DNA of 63,921 nt, counting the filler, from Octopus bimaculoides (Eukaryota): the NCBI RefSeq assembly GCF_001194135.2. It is 9 parts of 7 records of this genome, joined end to end, with 100 filler letters (N's around TTAATTAATTAA, not from the genome) between each part and the next. Parts side by side here need not be neighbours in the genome. Positions count along the whole stretch, not along the records: positions 36,558 to 41,509 come from NC_068982.1; positions 41,610 to 45,410 come from NC_068983.1; positions 45,511 to 49,019 come from NW_026378640.1; positions 49,120 to 51,512 come from NC_068985.1; 5 more parts are not named here. One strand, 5' to 3'. The position numbers and the translations under genes were made by a program. The notes below the pieces were generated by a model. It did no database searches, had not been told where the DNA came from, and saw only the letters and a program-made list of their open reading frames with translations. The stretch's first letter is position 1; each line of letters starts with the position of its first letter. Shown piece after piece: positions 37,722 through 50,254 of the stretch.

Positions 37722-38812
37722 NNNNNNNNNNNNNNNNNNNNNNNNNNNNNNNNNNNNNNNNNNNNNNNNNNNNNNNNNNNNNNNNNNNNNNNNNNNNNNN
37801 NNNNNNNNNNNNNNNNNNNNNNNNNNNNNNNNNNNNNNNNNNNNNNNNNNNNNNNNNNNNNNNNNNNNNNNNNNNNNNNNNNNNNNNNNNNNNNNNNNNN
37901 NNNNNNNNNNNNNNNNNNNNNNNNNNNNNNNNNNNNNNNNNNNNNNNNNNNNNNNNNNNNNNNNNNNNNNNNNNNNNNNNNNNNNNNNNNNNNNNNNNNN
38001 NNNNNNNNNNNNNNNNNNNNNNNNNNNNNNNNNNNNNNNNNNNNNNNNNNNNNNNNNNNNNNNNNNNNNNNNNNNNNNNNNNNNNNNNNNNNNNNNNNNN
38101 NNNNNNNNNNNNNNNNNNNNNNNNNNNNNNNNNNNNNNNNNNNNNNNNNNNNNNNNNNNNNNNNNNNNNNNNNNNNNNNNNNNNNNNNNNNNNNNNNNNN
38201 NNNNNNNNNNNNNNNNNNNNNNNNNNNNNNNNNNNNNNNNNNNNNNNNNNNNNNNNNNNNNNNNNNNNNNNNNNNNNNNNNNNNNNNNNNNNNNNNNNNN
38301 NNNNNNNNNNNNNNNNNNNNNNNNNNNNNNNNNNNNNNNNNNNNNNNNNNNNNNNNNNNNNNNNNNNNNNNNNNNNNNNACGAGTCAAATAAGCAGCATG
38401 GTTCGTGTTCCTATGTCTAATTTTTCAAAATATACCGCGTATTTGCGGTTTACCTAATCGGCAGTAAATACAAAAATGCCGAAATTCCTTCAGAAAATCA
38501 TCCAAAAAGAGTTTTATCATTATTAATAAATTATAGGGTAGCAAAAAAATTTTGGAAATTTTATTTACCACCAGTGGTCTAGCGAGAGTAAAAAAAACAG
38601 TCAATAGACTATGTATTATTCATTTAAAATGCAGAGATGCCTATAATAGGACATCTACTCGCTAGAAATAACAGCAAAAGACTATATACCACAAAAATTA
38701 GGGATAATTTCGAAAGGAAATGAAAAATAAAAACTTTTACCAATCTATATTCTGAAGGAATGTGTGTCCTGTCTGTATTTGCAAAGGGAAAACATCCTTC
38801 CCATCTTGATCT

Positions 38813-38871
38813 GTGATACGCACGGACTCGAGTTTCTGGGTATTTACCCGTCATCAGCATACAACAATCAC
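38813..38871 (-). ncRNA. Minimal type I hammerhead ribozyme motif (second family)
   Basis: GUGAU-UGU-UGUAUG-CUGAUGA-CGGGUAAAUACCCA-GAAA-CUCGAG-UC-CGUGCG-U-AUCAC; palindromic ACUCGAGU stem III; GUC site; C.A mismatch closing stem II. Confidence 0.7.
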
Positions 38872-39579
38872 TGATCTTCGATGAGAAAGATATCCCAATG
38901 CAAATACGTATATACTTTTTCCAGTGAAAATATTCACTGATCTCGAAAATGTGAAAACAAGCAATGTTAAATTTCTGAACAAGGTATAAACAGTAACTGC
39001 ACGACAATGTGAAGTATATTTGCCACTTAAATGCGGCTAAACTCTAAGGGTGAATGTTACTGTTGCTTTTAGCCACAGGAGAACATCTCCTCTAGCTGGC
39101 TATTGACATACATCTGTGTCCTGTCTATATTTCCAAATTTCTGGGATGGTGTTCGGCGTGCTGAAAGACCACTGGGAGTCAGGTGCCCCTCAGCTTTTGT
39201 TGAAGTATGTCTCTAGGAGAAGGTCACTCTAATATAAAACCAAATATGCAGGGAATAGCATTGGACATTTTGGGGATCTTTGGTTTGTGCTAGAGATCAC
39301 GGCGCTCCCACTTCCCTGAGCCTGCGACTTATATTGGCACCAGACATCTTACTCCGACTTGTCTCTGTATAATGTCAATAAAGTGGAGAGGGTCTATGAG
39401 GTGCTGTGCAAGCCTCATTGGACCTAAAACTCAGCACAGGCATTGCCGACCTCTGCTCGACATGTGCGTTTTTTTTTTTCCTATATATAGTTATCTTATT
39501 TTTCATATATATTTATTTTATTTTTATTATATGTTTTCTACATTTTTAGTATATATGTTTATTTTTATCGATTTTTTTT

Positions 39580-40362
39580 TTTGGAAGTCCTGCGGTGATG
39601 GGAAGGTGGTGAAGCATGCAGACCTGATGGGTTGGAAGCATGTAGTCAGCGACCTGCACGTAGGCGGCCCATGCTAGATATAAAGTCGTCTCCTTGTTGC
39701 CCAAGACAGCGGTAGGATTTGGTTGCTGCATGGGTGTCTGAGCAGCTCCATTTGGAGAGGGCACTGCTCACCCGGAGACCGGGAAGGTTCTAGAAAAGGT
39801 GAACAAAAATTGCCTGTGTTTCCATATCTGGTCAGTTTAGCGCGACTGACGGATATCCATCCTGCGCTCAAAAAACAAAGCGTCTTTTATTTATGAAATC
39901 TGGATGGAACTTAAACATTTCATGTTGGAATATGCGCACTCTGATGGACAAGAGGCCTGAAAGACGCATTGAGCTGAACCGTTATAAAATTGATATAGCT
40001 GCACTCTCAGAGACTCGTGTAGAAGGTGATGGTCAGCTTGAGGAAGTAGGGGGTGGATACACCTTTTTTTGGAAAGGAAGGCAGAAGGAGGAGCACAGAG
40101 AGGCTGGCGTTGGTTTTCCAGTCCGATCTGATATCCTTAAGAAGTTGGAAGAGCTCCCTGTCCCTATAAATGAACGTATAATGACGCTACGGTTACACTT
40201 GAAAGGTAAGCGGTTTGCTATTCTAATAAGTGCCTACTTTGACTAGCTGTGATGAAGATAAAACAATCTTTTATACCCAGCTGAGAGCCATACTTGGAAA
40301 AATCCCCAATTCTGATAAAGTCATTCTACTGGGGGATTTTAATGCCAGAGTTGGAACAGACT
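39580..40362 (+). mobile_element. RTE-clade LINE 5' UTR and AP-endonuclease domain
   Basis: CWNMRTL, IDIAALSETR, YTFFWKG, GVGF, RIMTLRL, ISAY, ILLGDFNARVG. Confidence 0.92.
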
Positions 40363-40563
40363 GGCTGAGGCCTTCGATTTTGGCTTGCCGGGTCTTCTCA
40401 CGCACAGCATATTTCCAAAGGTCTCGGTCAGAAGTCATCGCCTTGATGAGGCCCAATGTTCGAAGGTCGTGCCTCACCACCTCATCCCAGGTCTTCCTGG
40501 GCCTACCTCTTCTGCAGGTTCCCTCAACTGCTAGGGTGTGGCACTTTTTCACACAGCTATCCT
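40363..40563 (-). mobile_element. RTE-clade LINE ORF C-terminal fragment (same family as 36558-37328)
   Basis: KKCHTLAVEGTCRRGRPRKTWDEVVRHDLRTLGL. Confidence 0.85.
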
Positions 40564-40573
40564 NNNNNNNNNN

Positions 40574-40612
<39 letters not shown>

Positions 40613-41204
40613 TTGTATTTATAGATCTCTACCAAAAATTTGATAAAAATATTGTACCTGTTATCAATGTAGCAAAATTCTCATACGAAAGGTTGTTTAT
40701 CATACAATTTTGTGTGCATATCAATTTAAATAAGAGCTATAACGCGATCCATTGTAAAGACTTTATTAATGACCTATGAACATTTCGATGCAATATTCTG
40801 ACTCACTCTTGTATGTTATAAAATATGGAATATTGTATCTCTTCAGGGTTAGATTTGATTAATTCATAGCAGACAGCAAATAACAGACAACATTATAAGT
40901 TGTCTTAAACAGGTTGAAATGACAAGAAACATATTGACACTGCATACAATATTGGTTAAGAAATCCCTTAATTTATTTAATCTTATTATTACTGACTTGA
41001 TATATAATTTAGATCTCGATGGTTGCAATATGAGTGTAACCTAATTTAGTTTTACTTTGTAATTTATTATTTATAGTCTCTTATTTATCTTGATTACATA
41101 TCCTTTATTTGTCTCATAAATATTTTGTTTTTAAAGTATCAACATAACGATTTGATAGGATTAATAACGATGACTGATTTATTTAGATTCTATAAATATA
41201 TGTT

Positions 41205-41400
41205 ATATGTATGTATATGTATATATATATGTATATATGTTTATGTATGTATATATATATGTATATGTATGTATATATATATGTATATGTATGTATATAT
41301 ATGTATATATATATATGTATACATATGTATATATATATATGTATATGTATGTATATATATGTATATATATATGTATATGTATGTATATATATGTATATAT
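41205..41400. repeat. Compound TA/TATG microsatellite with higher-order unit GTATATGTATGTATATATAT
   Basis: Direct reading; abuts the (CAT)n tail of an RTE. Confidence 0.85.
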
Positions 41401-41509
41401 CATCATCATCATCATCATCATCGTTTAACGTCCGCTTTCCATGCTAGCATGGGTTGGACGATTTGACTGAGGACTGGTGAAACCGGATGGCAACACCAGG
41501 CTCCAATCT
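41401..41509 (-). mobile_element. RTE-type 3' tail with (ATG)n
   Basis: Reverse complement of the 37280-37328 tail (CCAACCCATGCTAGCATGGAAAGCGGACGTTAAACGATGATG). Confidence 0.8.
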
Positions 41510-41610
41510 NNNNNNNNNNNNNNNNNNNNNNNNNNNNNNNNNNNNNNNNNNNNTTAATTAATTAANNNNNNNNNNNNNNNNNNNNNNNNNNNNNNNNNNN
41601 NNNNNNNNNG

Positions 41611-41950
41611 TAGGTTTATAGAAGATGTCTGTTTCTATGTGGTTATTGACTATTTTAATTAGGATGTCAAGAAAAGGGAGTTGTTTCCTGCTGTGTTCCA
41701 TAGTGAATTGTATGTTGCTATTAATATTGTTAAGCGTTATTTTGAAATCGAGGAGTTTGTCCATGCTGTCGTTCCAAAGTATAAAGCAATCGTCCAAATA
41801 CCTCTTCCAGTTCTCCTTTAAATAGCAATGAAAAGAGTTGCCATATTTTTGTAATGATGAATGATATATATTAAGCTCTAGGTAACCCATTACAAGGTTC
41901 GCAATCACTGGCGCAGCTCGGGTTCCCATTGCAATTCCATTATTTATTTA
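41611..41950 (-). mobile_element. Penelope-like element RT fragment
   Basis: GIAMGTRAAPVIANLVMGYLE, WKRYLDDCFILW, IQFTMEHS...LPFLDI...TDIFYKP. Confidence 0.92.
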
Positions 41951-42285
41951 TAAATCAATTGCAGCGTGGAAGATGTTTGTTAGCCATTTTCGTCTTAAAA
42001 TATTTTAATCGCTTTGAAACCGGGGCCTGTTCACTGACACACTTCGTGCTGCAGGAACGAAAATATTTTGACACTAATTAAAGTTAAATGTTGAAGGCAT
42101 TCTAACGGTGTATGTGTGTTCTTAAATAGCTAAAAAAACATCTCCCACGCTGCACTTGTTTTTGTTTCAGCACACGATCTCAGATCAAGTCACTTGCTAT
42201 GCAAGTATATCTCCGAATATACGAATACGAACATTAATATATACACATATAAACACATATGGACAAACCTATACACACACAAACG

Positions 42286-42323
<38 letters not shown>

Positions 42324-42360
42324 CACACACCCACACACATTCACAGAGGTGTACGCACAA

Positions 42361-42391
<31 letters not shown>

Positions 42392-43379
42392 NNNNNNNNN
42401 NNNNNNNNNNNNNNNNNNNNNNNNNNNNNNNNNNNNNNNNNNNNNNNNNNNNNNNNNNNNNNNNNNNNNNNNNNNNNNNNNNNNNNNNNNNNNNNNNNNN
42501 NNNNNNNNNNNNNNNNNNNNNNNNNNNNNNNNNNNNNNNNNNNNNNNNNNNNNNNNNNNNNNNNNNNNNNNNNNNNNNNNNNNNNNNNNNNNNNNNNNNN
42601 NNNNNNNNNNNNNNNNNNNNNNNNNNNNNNNNNNNNNNNNNNNNNNNNNNNNNNNNNNNNNNNNNNNNNNNNNNNNNNNNNNNNNNNNNNNNNNNNNNNN
42701 NNNNNNNNNNNNNNNNNNNNNNNNNNNNNNNNNNNNNNNNNNNNNNNNNNNNNNNNNNNNNNNNNNNNNNNNNNNNNNNNNNNNNNNNNNNNNNNNNNNN
42801 NNNNNNNNNNNNNNNNNNNNNNNNNNNNNNNNNNNNNNNNNNNNNNNNNNNNNNNNNNNNNNNNNNNNNNNNNNNNNNNNNNNNNNNNNNNNNNNNNNNN
42901 NNNNNNNNNNNNNNNNNNNNNNNNNNNNNNNNNNNNNNNNNNNNNNNNNNNNNNNNNNNNNNNNNNNNNNNNNNNNNNNNNNNNNNNNNNNNNNNNATAT
43001 ATATATATATATGGTAAATGAAAGACGGAAGATGAAATATGCGAAAATTTCTATTGTTGACGACGATAATTATTCGACACGTCTAGCATCTATCCCCCAT
43101 TCGTGGTGGTGGGGGCACTTGACGACTTATTCAGGAGCATCTGGCAGTGCAGATGTCTCTCACCGTTGAAATAACAGTCTTGCAACATATCTCCTCATTT
43201 CGTAGAATGAAAAGAAGCAAAACGAAGGAAATATCTTTATTTATATAGATGATCAGAAATAAAATCAGATGGAAAAAAAAAGAAGAAAATGAATACGCAA
43301 TACAGCGAGAAGAGACCAGAAGGGGTGGCAGTATTCAATTTTAATAAGGTTAATATAGCTCAACAATAAGGTCGATATA

Positions 43380-43510
43380 GCTCTTCGGATGAGCTCCTGG
43401 ATCTTAAGAAACTGTCGGTCCAGAGAACAAGGTGTCATCATTCCACTTTTCTCCTCCTTTGTACGGCCACACTTCGAATACTGCTGCCCCTTGTGGTATC
43501 CCCGACGGAA
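43380..43510 (+). mobile_element. CR1-clade LINE RT C-terminal fragment
   Basis: ILRNCRSREQGVIIPLFSSFVRPHFEYCCPLWYP. Confidence 0.8.
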
Positions 43511-43754
43511 GAATACCTTTCGTCTTGAAACCAAAGATGATCAATTTTCTTTTAGCCCTGACTTAAGCCGCTCAAGCTTCTCGTAGTAGATCTCCTATGT
43601 TATCGTTTGTTTTGGGTTTGAAAGTTCAAAATGGACTAAACTTTTCATATCCCACAAACAGATAACAACACCTTCCGTGGATGAAGACCTTCTTTAGCTT
43701 GAAGTGCCACTGATTCTCCTTTCCCCACCCACTGTTTCAGCGCTTGCTATTTTA

Positions 43755-44319
43755 TAGAGAACTCATTTCTCGTCACCAATCACTATTTTGTCCAAAAAAG
43801 GTTAATGCGTGATATGTGACAGCTAAGAAGAGCACACATACACTCTCTGCATACGATTAGTTTCGGAAAATTTGTGAGGAATCCATTGACCCAATTTGCT
43901 GACTTTTCTGATGGCACGCAGGTGTCGATGTATGGTCTACATATCTTCCAGGACGAGGCTTCTGTTCTAGGCTGTAGTTTCTGGGTCGGAATTTCTGGAA
44001 AGTACCGTTGACATTGGCTAACGCTTATTGTTCGATCCCCATATACTTCATTAATACTCCTCGCATTTCCCGTTGCGTTGTTGCTTTTATTGAACTCATA
44101 AACCAAAATATGCCGAATATGCTCCTTTGTTACTTCCATTGTAGCTTTGAAAAATAACTAGCAAATCGATCTGTTCTCTTCAAATCATGCACCTAGAATA
44201 AATACAAGGTAAAATTACTACCCGCTTTTATAGTAAGTTGATGCAGGTACATTATCCCATCGCCGTCCGACTTTTAGCTCATGCAATTGAAAAAATACAT
44301 TGTTTATGAGATGACCCAA

Positions 44320-44321
<2 letters not shown>
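43755..44321 (-). mobile_element. Mariner 5' end with TIR and internally deleted transposase
   Basis: TA + TTGGGTCATCTCATAAAC terminal sequence at 44321; MEVTKEHIRHILVYEFNKSNNA...INEVYG HTH; VIGDEK first-D region at about 43770. Confidence 0.88.
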
Positions 44322-44352
<31 letters not shown>

Positions 44353-44640
44353 NNNNNNNNNNNNNNNNNNNNNNNNNNNNNNNNNNNNNNNNNNNNNNNN
44401 NNNNNNNNNNNNNNNNNNNNNNNNNNNNNNNNNNNNNNNNNNNNNNNNNNNNCATATATATATATACACACACACATATAAATACATATGTGCATATATA
44501 GAGGTTATGAAAGGTATTGGATTCAACCAAACCCAAATATACAGGTAATACTGAGTAAGTGCGGTATACCGGCTAGTTTTGCCCCTGTCGTTGTATAAAC
44601 ATGAGTGGGGAATATAACATAGGTCAGGTATTAGCGTGTG

Positions 44641-44747
44641 TATGTATAAAGAGAGAAAAAGATTAAGAGAGCAATGGCAAAGTTAGAAATATATTTTACG
44701 GATAAAGTCTTTGCCATTGGTCTCTTTATCTTTTTCTCTCTTTATAC

Positions 44748-44750
<3 letters not shown>
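44641..44750. repeat. Hairpin with 42-bp arms and 26-nt loop
   Basis: TATGTATAAAGAGAGAAAAAGATTAAGAGAGCAATGGCAAAG / CTTTGCCATTGGTCTCTTTATCTTTTTCTCTCTTTATACATA, 2 mismatches. Confidence 0.9.
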
Positions 44751-44784
<34 letters not shown>

Positions 44785-44876
44785 CAAACATACACACACA
44801 AATATTCACTTTTCATAACCTTTTAATAATGTCGATTATTTTCTCTTTGGTTTTGAATTGCGTCTAGCCACCTTAT

Positions 44877-44908
<32 letters not shown>

Positions 44909-44978
44909 TACATTCAAATAAAGATAAAAGTAAACAAAGTTTGCTTTAGAAGACTACAGATGTATTGAAAGAAAGAGA

Positions 44979-45243
44979 AAAGGAAATAATTTATTCTCAA
45001 ATGCAGAATAATGCTAGCAGAATAGCAGGAACAAGATAAAATACCCTTAATTTGCAGGAAAATTTGCCAGCGGTCAGCCAGGAGACTCGAACTCACATCC
45101 TTGTAATTATGGCTAATTACAGCGATGTGAGTTTGTGTCTCATGACTGGCCGCTGGCAAATTCGTTTGTTAAATATAGATATTATATTCTGTTCCTTTTA
45201 TTCTGTTAGAATTATTCTGCGTTAAAGAATAAATTATTCCTTT
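44979..45243. repeat. Foldback with about 130-bp arms; inner 49-bp stem closed by a TGGC tetraloop
   Basis: 45061-45109 pairs with 45114-45162; outer arms AAAGGAAATAATTTATTCT...GCAGAATAAT mirror ATTATTCTGC...AGAATAAATTATTCCTTT. Confidence 0.9.
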
Positions 45244-45994
45244 ATCTGTATCTTATACATACACACATACACACACACACATACACACACACATACACAC
45301 ACACATACATACACGCTTATAAATTCTCAGGATTCGAAAGAATCATGTAGACTCAGGTATGCCGCACCTGTGTGTGTGTGTCTTTGTGTGTGTGTACATA
45401 TATATATATANNNNNNNNNNNNNNNNNNNNNNNNNNNNNNNNNNNNNNNNNNNNTTAATTAATTAANNNNNNNNNNNNNNNNNNNNNNNNNNNNNNNNNN
45501 NNNNNNNNNNATATATACATGTGTGTGTGCGTATTTATAGCAATGTTTGCTGGATGGTCTTTTAGCGGTTGACACTACTTGCGTGGGTGGCGGAGATATT
45601 ACGTTACATAAATCGTTGACATTTGAAGTGACAGAGACGATTAGGATGACGATGACGATGATGATTAAGATTTCCTTTCTGATATGAGACGTAGAAAAAT
45701 AAAACAGAAAAAAAATAAGACAAAGCAAAAATCAGAATAAAAGATTCTGGTAATGATGACGTTCATATTTTCATGAGAAGTTACTGAGCCTTGTCAAATG
45801 TATCTCAATGTCATGGATATATTATACAAATACATGCATACCTGAATATATTACATGGATATATGTATATATATATATCCATGTAAATAAATATATATCT
45901 ACCTATATACATATATACCCATATATGTACGTGTGTGTGTAATATACAAAAGTAAACATTCAGATATGTATGTATTTATATATATTCTTTTATA

Positions 45995-46130
45995 CCTTTA
46001 TTCTTTTACTTGTTTCAGTCATTTGACTGCGGCCATGCTGGGGCACCGCCTTTAGTACCTTTTGGTGAACTGCTAAGTTCCGGTCTCGTAAACACACCAG
46101 CATCGGTTGTCAAGCGATGTTGGGACACAC
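45995..46130 (-). mobile_element. Family C SINE tail
   Basis: TTTTACTTGTTTCAGTCATTTGACTGCGGCCATGCTGG. Confidence 0.75.
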
Positions 46131-47140
46131 ATACACCCACGTATATTTATANNNNNNNNNNNNNNNNNNNNNNNNNNNNNNNNNNNNNNNNNNNNNNNNN
46201 NNNNNNNNNNNNNNNNNNNNNNNNNNNNNNNNNNNNNNNNNNNNNNNNNNNNNNNNNNNNNNNNNNNNNNNNNNNNNNNNNNNNNNNNNNNNNNNNNNNN
46301 NNNNNNNNNNNNNNNNNNNNNNNNNNNNNNNNNNNNNNNNNNNNNNNNNNNNNNNNNNNNNNNNNNNNNNNNNNNNNNNNNNNNNNNNNNNNNNNNNNNN
46401 NNNNNNNNNNNNNNNNNNNNNNNNNNNNNNNNNNNNNNNNNNNNNNNNNNNNNNNNNNNNNNNNNNNNNNNNNNNNNNNNNNNNNNNNNNNNNNNNNNNN
46501 NNNNNNNNNNNNNNNNNNNNNNNNNNNNNNNNNNNNNNNNNNNNNNNNNNNNNNNNNNNNNNNNNNNNNNNNNNNNNNNNNNNNNNNNNNNNNNNNNNNN
46601 NNNNNNNNNNNNNNNNNNNNNNNNNNNNNNNNNNNNNNNNNNNNNNNNNNNNNNNNNNNNNNNNNNNNNNNNNNNNNNNNNNNNNNNNNNNNNNNNNNNN
46701 NNNNNNNNNNNNNNNNNNNNNNNNNNNNNNNNNNNNNNNNNNNNNNNNNNNNNNNNNNNNNNNNNNNNNNNNNNNNNNNNNNNNNNNNNNNNNNNNNNNN
46801 NNNNNNNNNNNNNNNNNNNNNNNNNNNNNNNNNNNNNNNNNNNNNNNNNNNNNNNNNNNNNNNNNNNNNNNNNNNNNNNNNNNNNNNNNNNNNNNNNNNN
46901 NNNNNNNNNNNNNNNNNNNNNNNNNNNNNNNNNNNNNNNNNNNNNNNNNNNNNNNNNNNNNNNNNNNNNNNNNNNNNNNNNNNNNNNNNNNNNNNNNNNN
47001 NNNNNNNNNNNNNNNNNNNNNNNNNNNNNNNNNNNNNNNNNNNNNNNNNNNNNNNNNNNNNNNNNNNNNNNNNNNNNNNNNNNNNNNNNNNNNNNNNNNN
47101 NNNNNNNNNNNNNNNNNNNNNNNNNNNNNNNNNNNNNNNN

Positions 47141-47185
<45 letters not shown>

Positions 47186-49119
47186 TTACATTTGTATATG
47201 TGTGTGTGAGTATATATAACCGTGAGTTGTGTCTCCCTGTGTTTGTTCGTGTGTAATTGCAGGTATATGCGTGCGTGTTTGCGTGTGTCTGTGAATAAGA
47301 GTGAGTACTTTCTCTCATTGGGAAGAACGTAAGATCGGTTCTGGGAGTAATTGTTGCGCTTTATCCTCAAGCAAGGCATTCCACCTCACAGCTGTACTCT
47401 GCCCCAACGAAAACAAATACAAGACTACTGTCTCCTTTCCTACCTATATTTCTCATATTTTCGATGCCCCGCACCCTCTGCATGGAGACACCCATGCGCC
47501 AAATGTTTGTGAAAATACGATCACATTTATGGAGGGACTTGAAACATGTATGTAAATATGTATATATCTATGTATGCTTGTACATATATATGTGTGCGTG
47601 TGTGTGAATGATTATATATATACATATTATATATGCATATATATANNNNNNNNNNNNNNNNNNNNNNNNNNNNNNNNNNNNNNNNNNNNNNNNNNNNNNN
47701 NNNNNNNNNNNNNNNNNNNNNNNNNNNNNNNNNNNNNNNNNNNNNNNNNNNNNNNNNNNNNNNNNNNNNNNNNNNNNNNNNNNNNNNNNNNNNNNNNNNN
47801 NNNNNNNNNNNNNNNNNNNNNNNNNNNNNNNNNNNNNNNNNNNNNNNNNNNNNNNNNNNNNNNNNNNNNNNNNNNNNNNNNNNNNNNNNNNNNNNNNNNN
47901 NNNNNNNNNNNNNNNNNNNNNNNNNNNNNNNNNNNNNNNNNNNNNNNNNNNNNNNNNNNNNNNNNNNNNNNNNNNNNNNNNNNNNNNNNNNNNNNNNNNN
48001 NNNNNNNNNNNNNNNNNNNNNNNNNNNNNNNNNNNNNNNNNNNNNNNNNNNNNNNNNNNNNNNNNNNNNNNNNNNNNNNNNNNNNNNNNNNNNNNNNNNN
48101 NNNNNNNNNNNNNNNNNNNNNNNNNNNNNNNNNNNNNNNNNNNNNNNNNNNNNNNNNNNNNNNNNNNNNNNNNNNNNNNNNNNNNNNNNNNNNNNNNNNN
48201 NNNNNNNNNNNNNNNNNNNNNNNNNNNNNNNNNNNNNNNNNNNNNNNNNNNNNNNNNNNNNNNNNNNNNNNNNNNNNNNNNNNNNNNNNNNNNNNNNNNN
48301 NNNNNNNNNNNNNNNNNNNNNNNNNNNNNNNNNNNNNNNNNNNNNNNNNNNNNNNNNNNNNNNNNNNNNNNNNNNNNNNNNNNNNNNNNNNNNNNNNNNN
48401 NNNNNNNNNNNNNNNNNNNNNNNNNNNNNNNNNNNNNNNNNNNNNNNNNNNNNNNNNNNNNNNNNNNNNNNNNNNNNNNNNNNNNNNNNNNNNNNNNNNN
48501 NNNNNNNNNNNNNNNNNNNNNNNNNNNNNNNNNNNNNNNNNNNNNNNNNNNNNNNNNNNNNNNNNNNNNNNNNNNNNNNNNNNNNNNNNNNNNNNNNNNN
48601 NNNNNNNNNNNNNNNNNNNNNNNTATATATATATATATATATTCCAAATAGAATCCGAAACGGATTTATAATTTTACTGAATTTAATTCAGATTTGCTGA
48701 AAAGAAAAATAAGTTGATTTGATTAATTGTAGTGTACAGTTTGGTAGATTTTAAGGTCTGACGCAAGAATGGAGAGAGAGAGAGAGAGGGAGGGACGTTG
48801 GATTAAAGAAGGTTTACATTAAATCATTATCGAAGACAAATTTCCTTTCTATGTTGGATTAATAGGTATCTTCAGGTGTGGTTTACCTGTGAATATGATG
48901 GAAACAATATACATAAATATTTATGTATAAATATAAGTTTATAGACATAAATACATACGTACATACATACATACATAAATACATACATACGTACACACAC
49001 ACACACACACACACACACANNNNNNNNNNNNNNNNNNNNNNNNNNNNNNNNNNNNNNNNNNNNTTAATTAATTAANNNNNNNNNNNNNNNNNNNNNNNNN
49101 NNNNNNNNNNNNNNNNNNN

Positions 49120-49447
49120 TATCAACTCGGATAGCTGGTCCCTCTATTGGGTCGACATACGGCAGGCTCTCTTTCTCCCATTCATTCTCTTTATTAAGCA
49201 ATCTATCGTAGTGGCATCTCCAGACCTCTTTCTTTGCATCCTCATTTAATGCAAGCGTACCATCATCCATGCGAACACATTTCTCTCCTACAACATCACT
49301 ATTCTCTCTCCTACTCTGTCTTGCAACACGAAATACCTCGAGTCTTTGGTCCTCACGGCGCAGAACATTGGCAAATCTTTCCTTATCTGCTTCCCCTCTG
49401 GCTAAATAAACCTGTCGCCTAGCTTCCCTTCTGGCACATTGGTACAA
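49120..49447 (-). mobile_element. RTE-clade LINE EN-RT linker fragment
   Basis: ARREARRQV..AR...F.......EVFRVARQ.RRENSDVVGEKCVRMDDG.LAL....KEVWRCHYDRLLNKENEW. Confidence 0.7.
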
Positions 49448-49462
49448 TTCCCTGCTAATAAG

Positions 49463-49745
49463 TGAGGATGCATAGCCTAGTGGTTAGGACGTTGCTCTCA
49501 TCACAAGGTCGTGGTTTCAATTCCTAGACCAGATGGTTTATTGTGTTCTTGAGCAAAACACTTCATCTCGTGTTACGCTGTGATGACTTCAACACCTGAC
49601 ACACCGTGTATTTGTTCAGGCAACATTGATTTGATGTGGGGAGTGAGCTAATGTATGGCACATACATTTGATCGCTGTAAACAAATCATTTGTGCAGGTC
49701 GTTCAACAAAAGTTGAACACTCATATGTCATCTTCAACGGAAGAG
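49463..49745 (+). mobile_element. tRNA-derived SINE (further family)
   Basis: TAGCCTAGTGGTTAGG A-box, GGTTTCAATTCC B-box, TTCTTGAGCAAAACACTT CORE-like start, then a distinct body. Confidence 0.65.
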
Positions 49746-50191
49746 TTTGTCAATTATAATAATGATTTATAACAGTAGTACAAAGTTACATATTCTGAGG
49801 CTGTGCATAGTTAATGAATTCTAAAATTTCTAAAACTATGAACATGTAGGGAAAAAAAAATATTAAGTCTTAGAAGTGTGGCTGAAAAAGTTATAATTAC
49901 TGTCAGATATTATAATTACTTAAAATTAATAATGTTCAATCATATAAAAAAATCTTCAGTACTTCGCCAATCTTTCGATTTTGTCATTTTCTTCTCATAA
50001 GAACTTCATATTGGAAATGTCAAGAATTATTAATGATATGCATTATACAATTAATCAACTCTGATACTTATGTTTAAATTAAAAAGGCAATGTCAACCTT
50101 GGCAGCATTCAGACTTGATACATAAAGGGACTTGACTTAGCACTGCAAGGTATTTTGCCTCCTGATCTATTTTTCTGCAGCTTCCCTCCTT

Positions 50192-50222
<31 letters not shown>

Positions 50223-50254
50223 TAATTATTATTATTAAGGAAGGATAATTATTA

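Noticed and set aside
39400-39700. Possible HDV-like ribozyme in the RTE 5' UTR
   Set aside because: Such ribozymes are known for RTE elements, but I could not build the nested double pseudoknot from this copy.
46010-48700. Longest ORFs in the track (350-410 aa)
   Set aside because: They consist almost entirely of X from N gaps.
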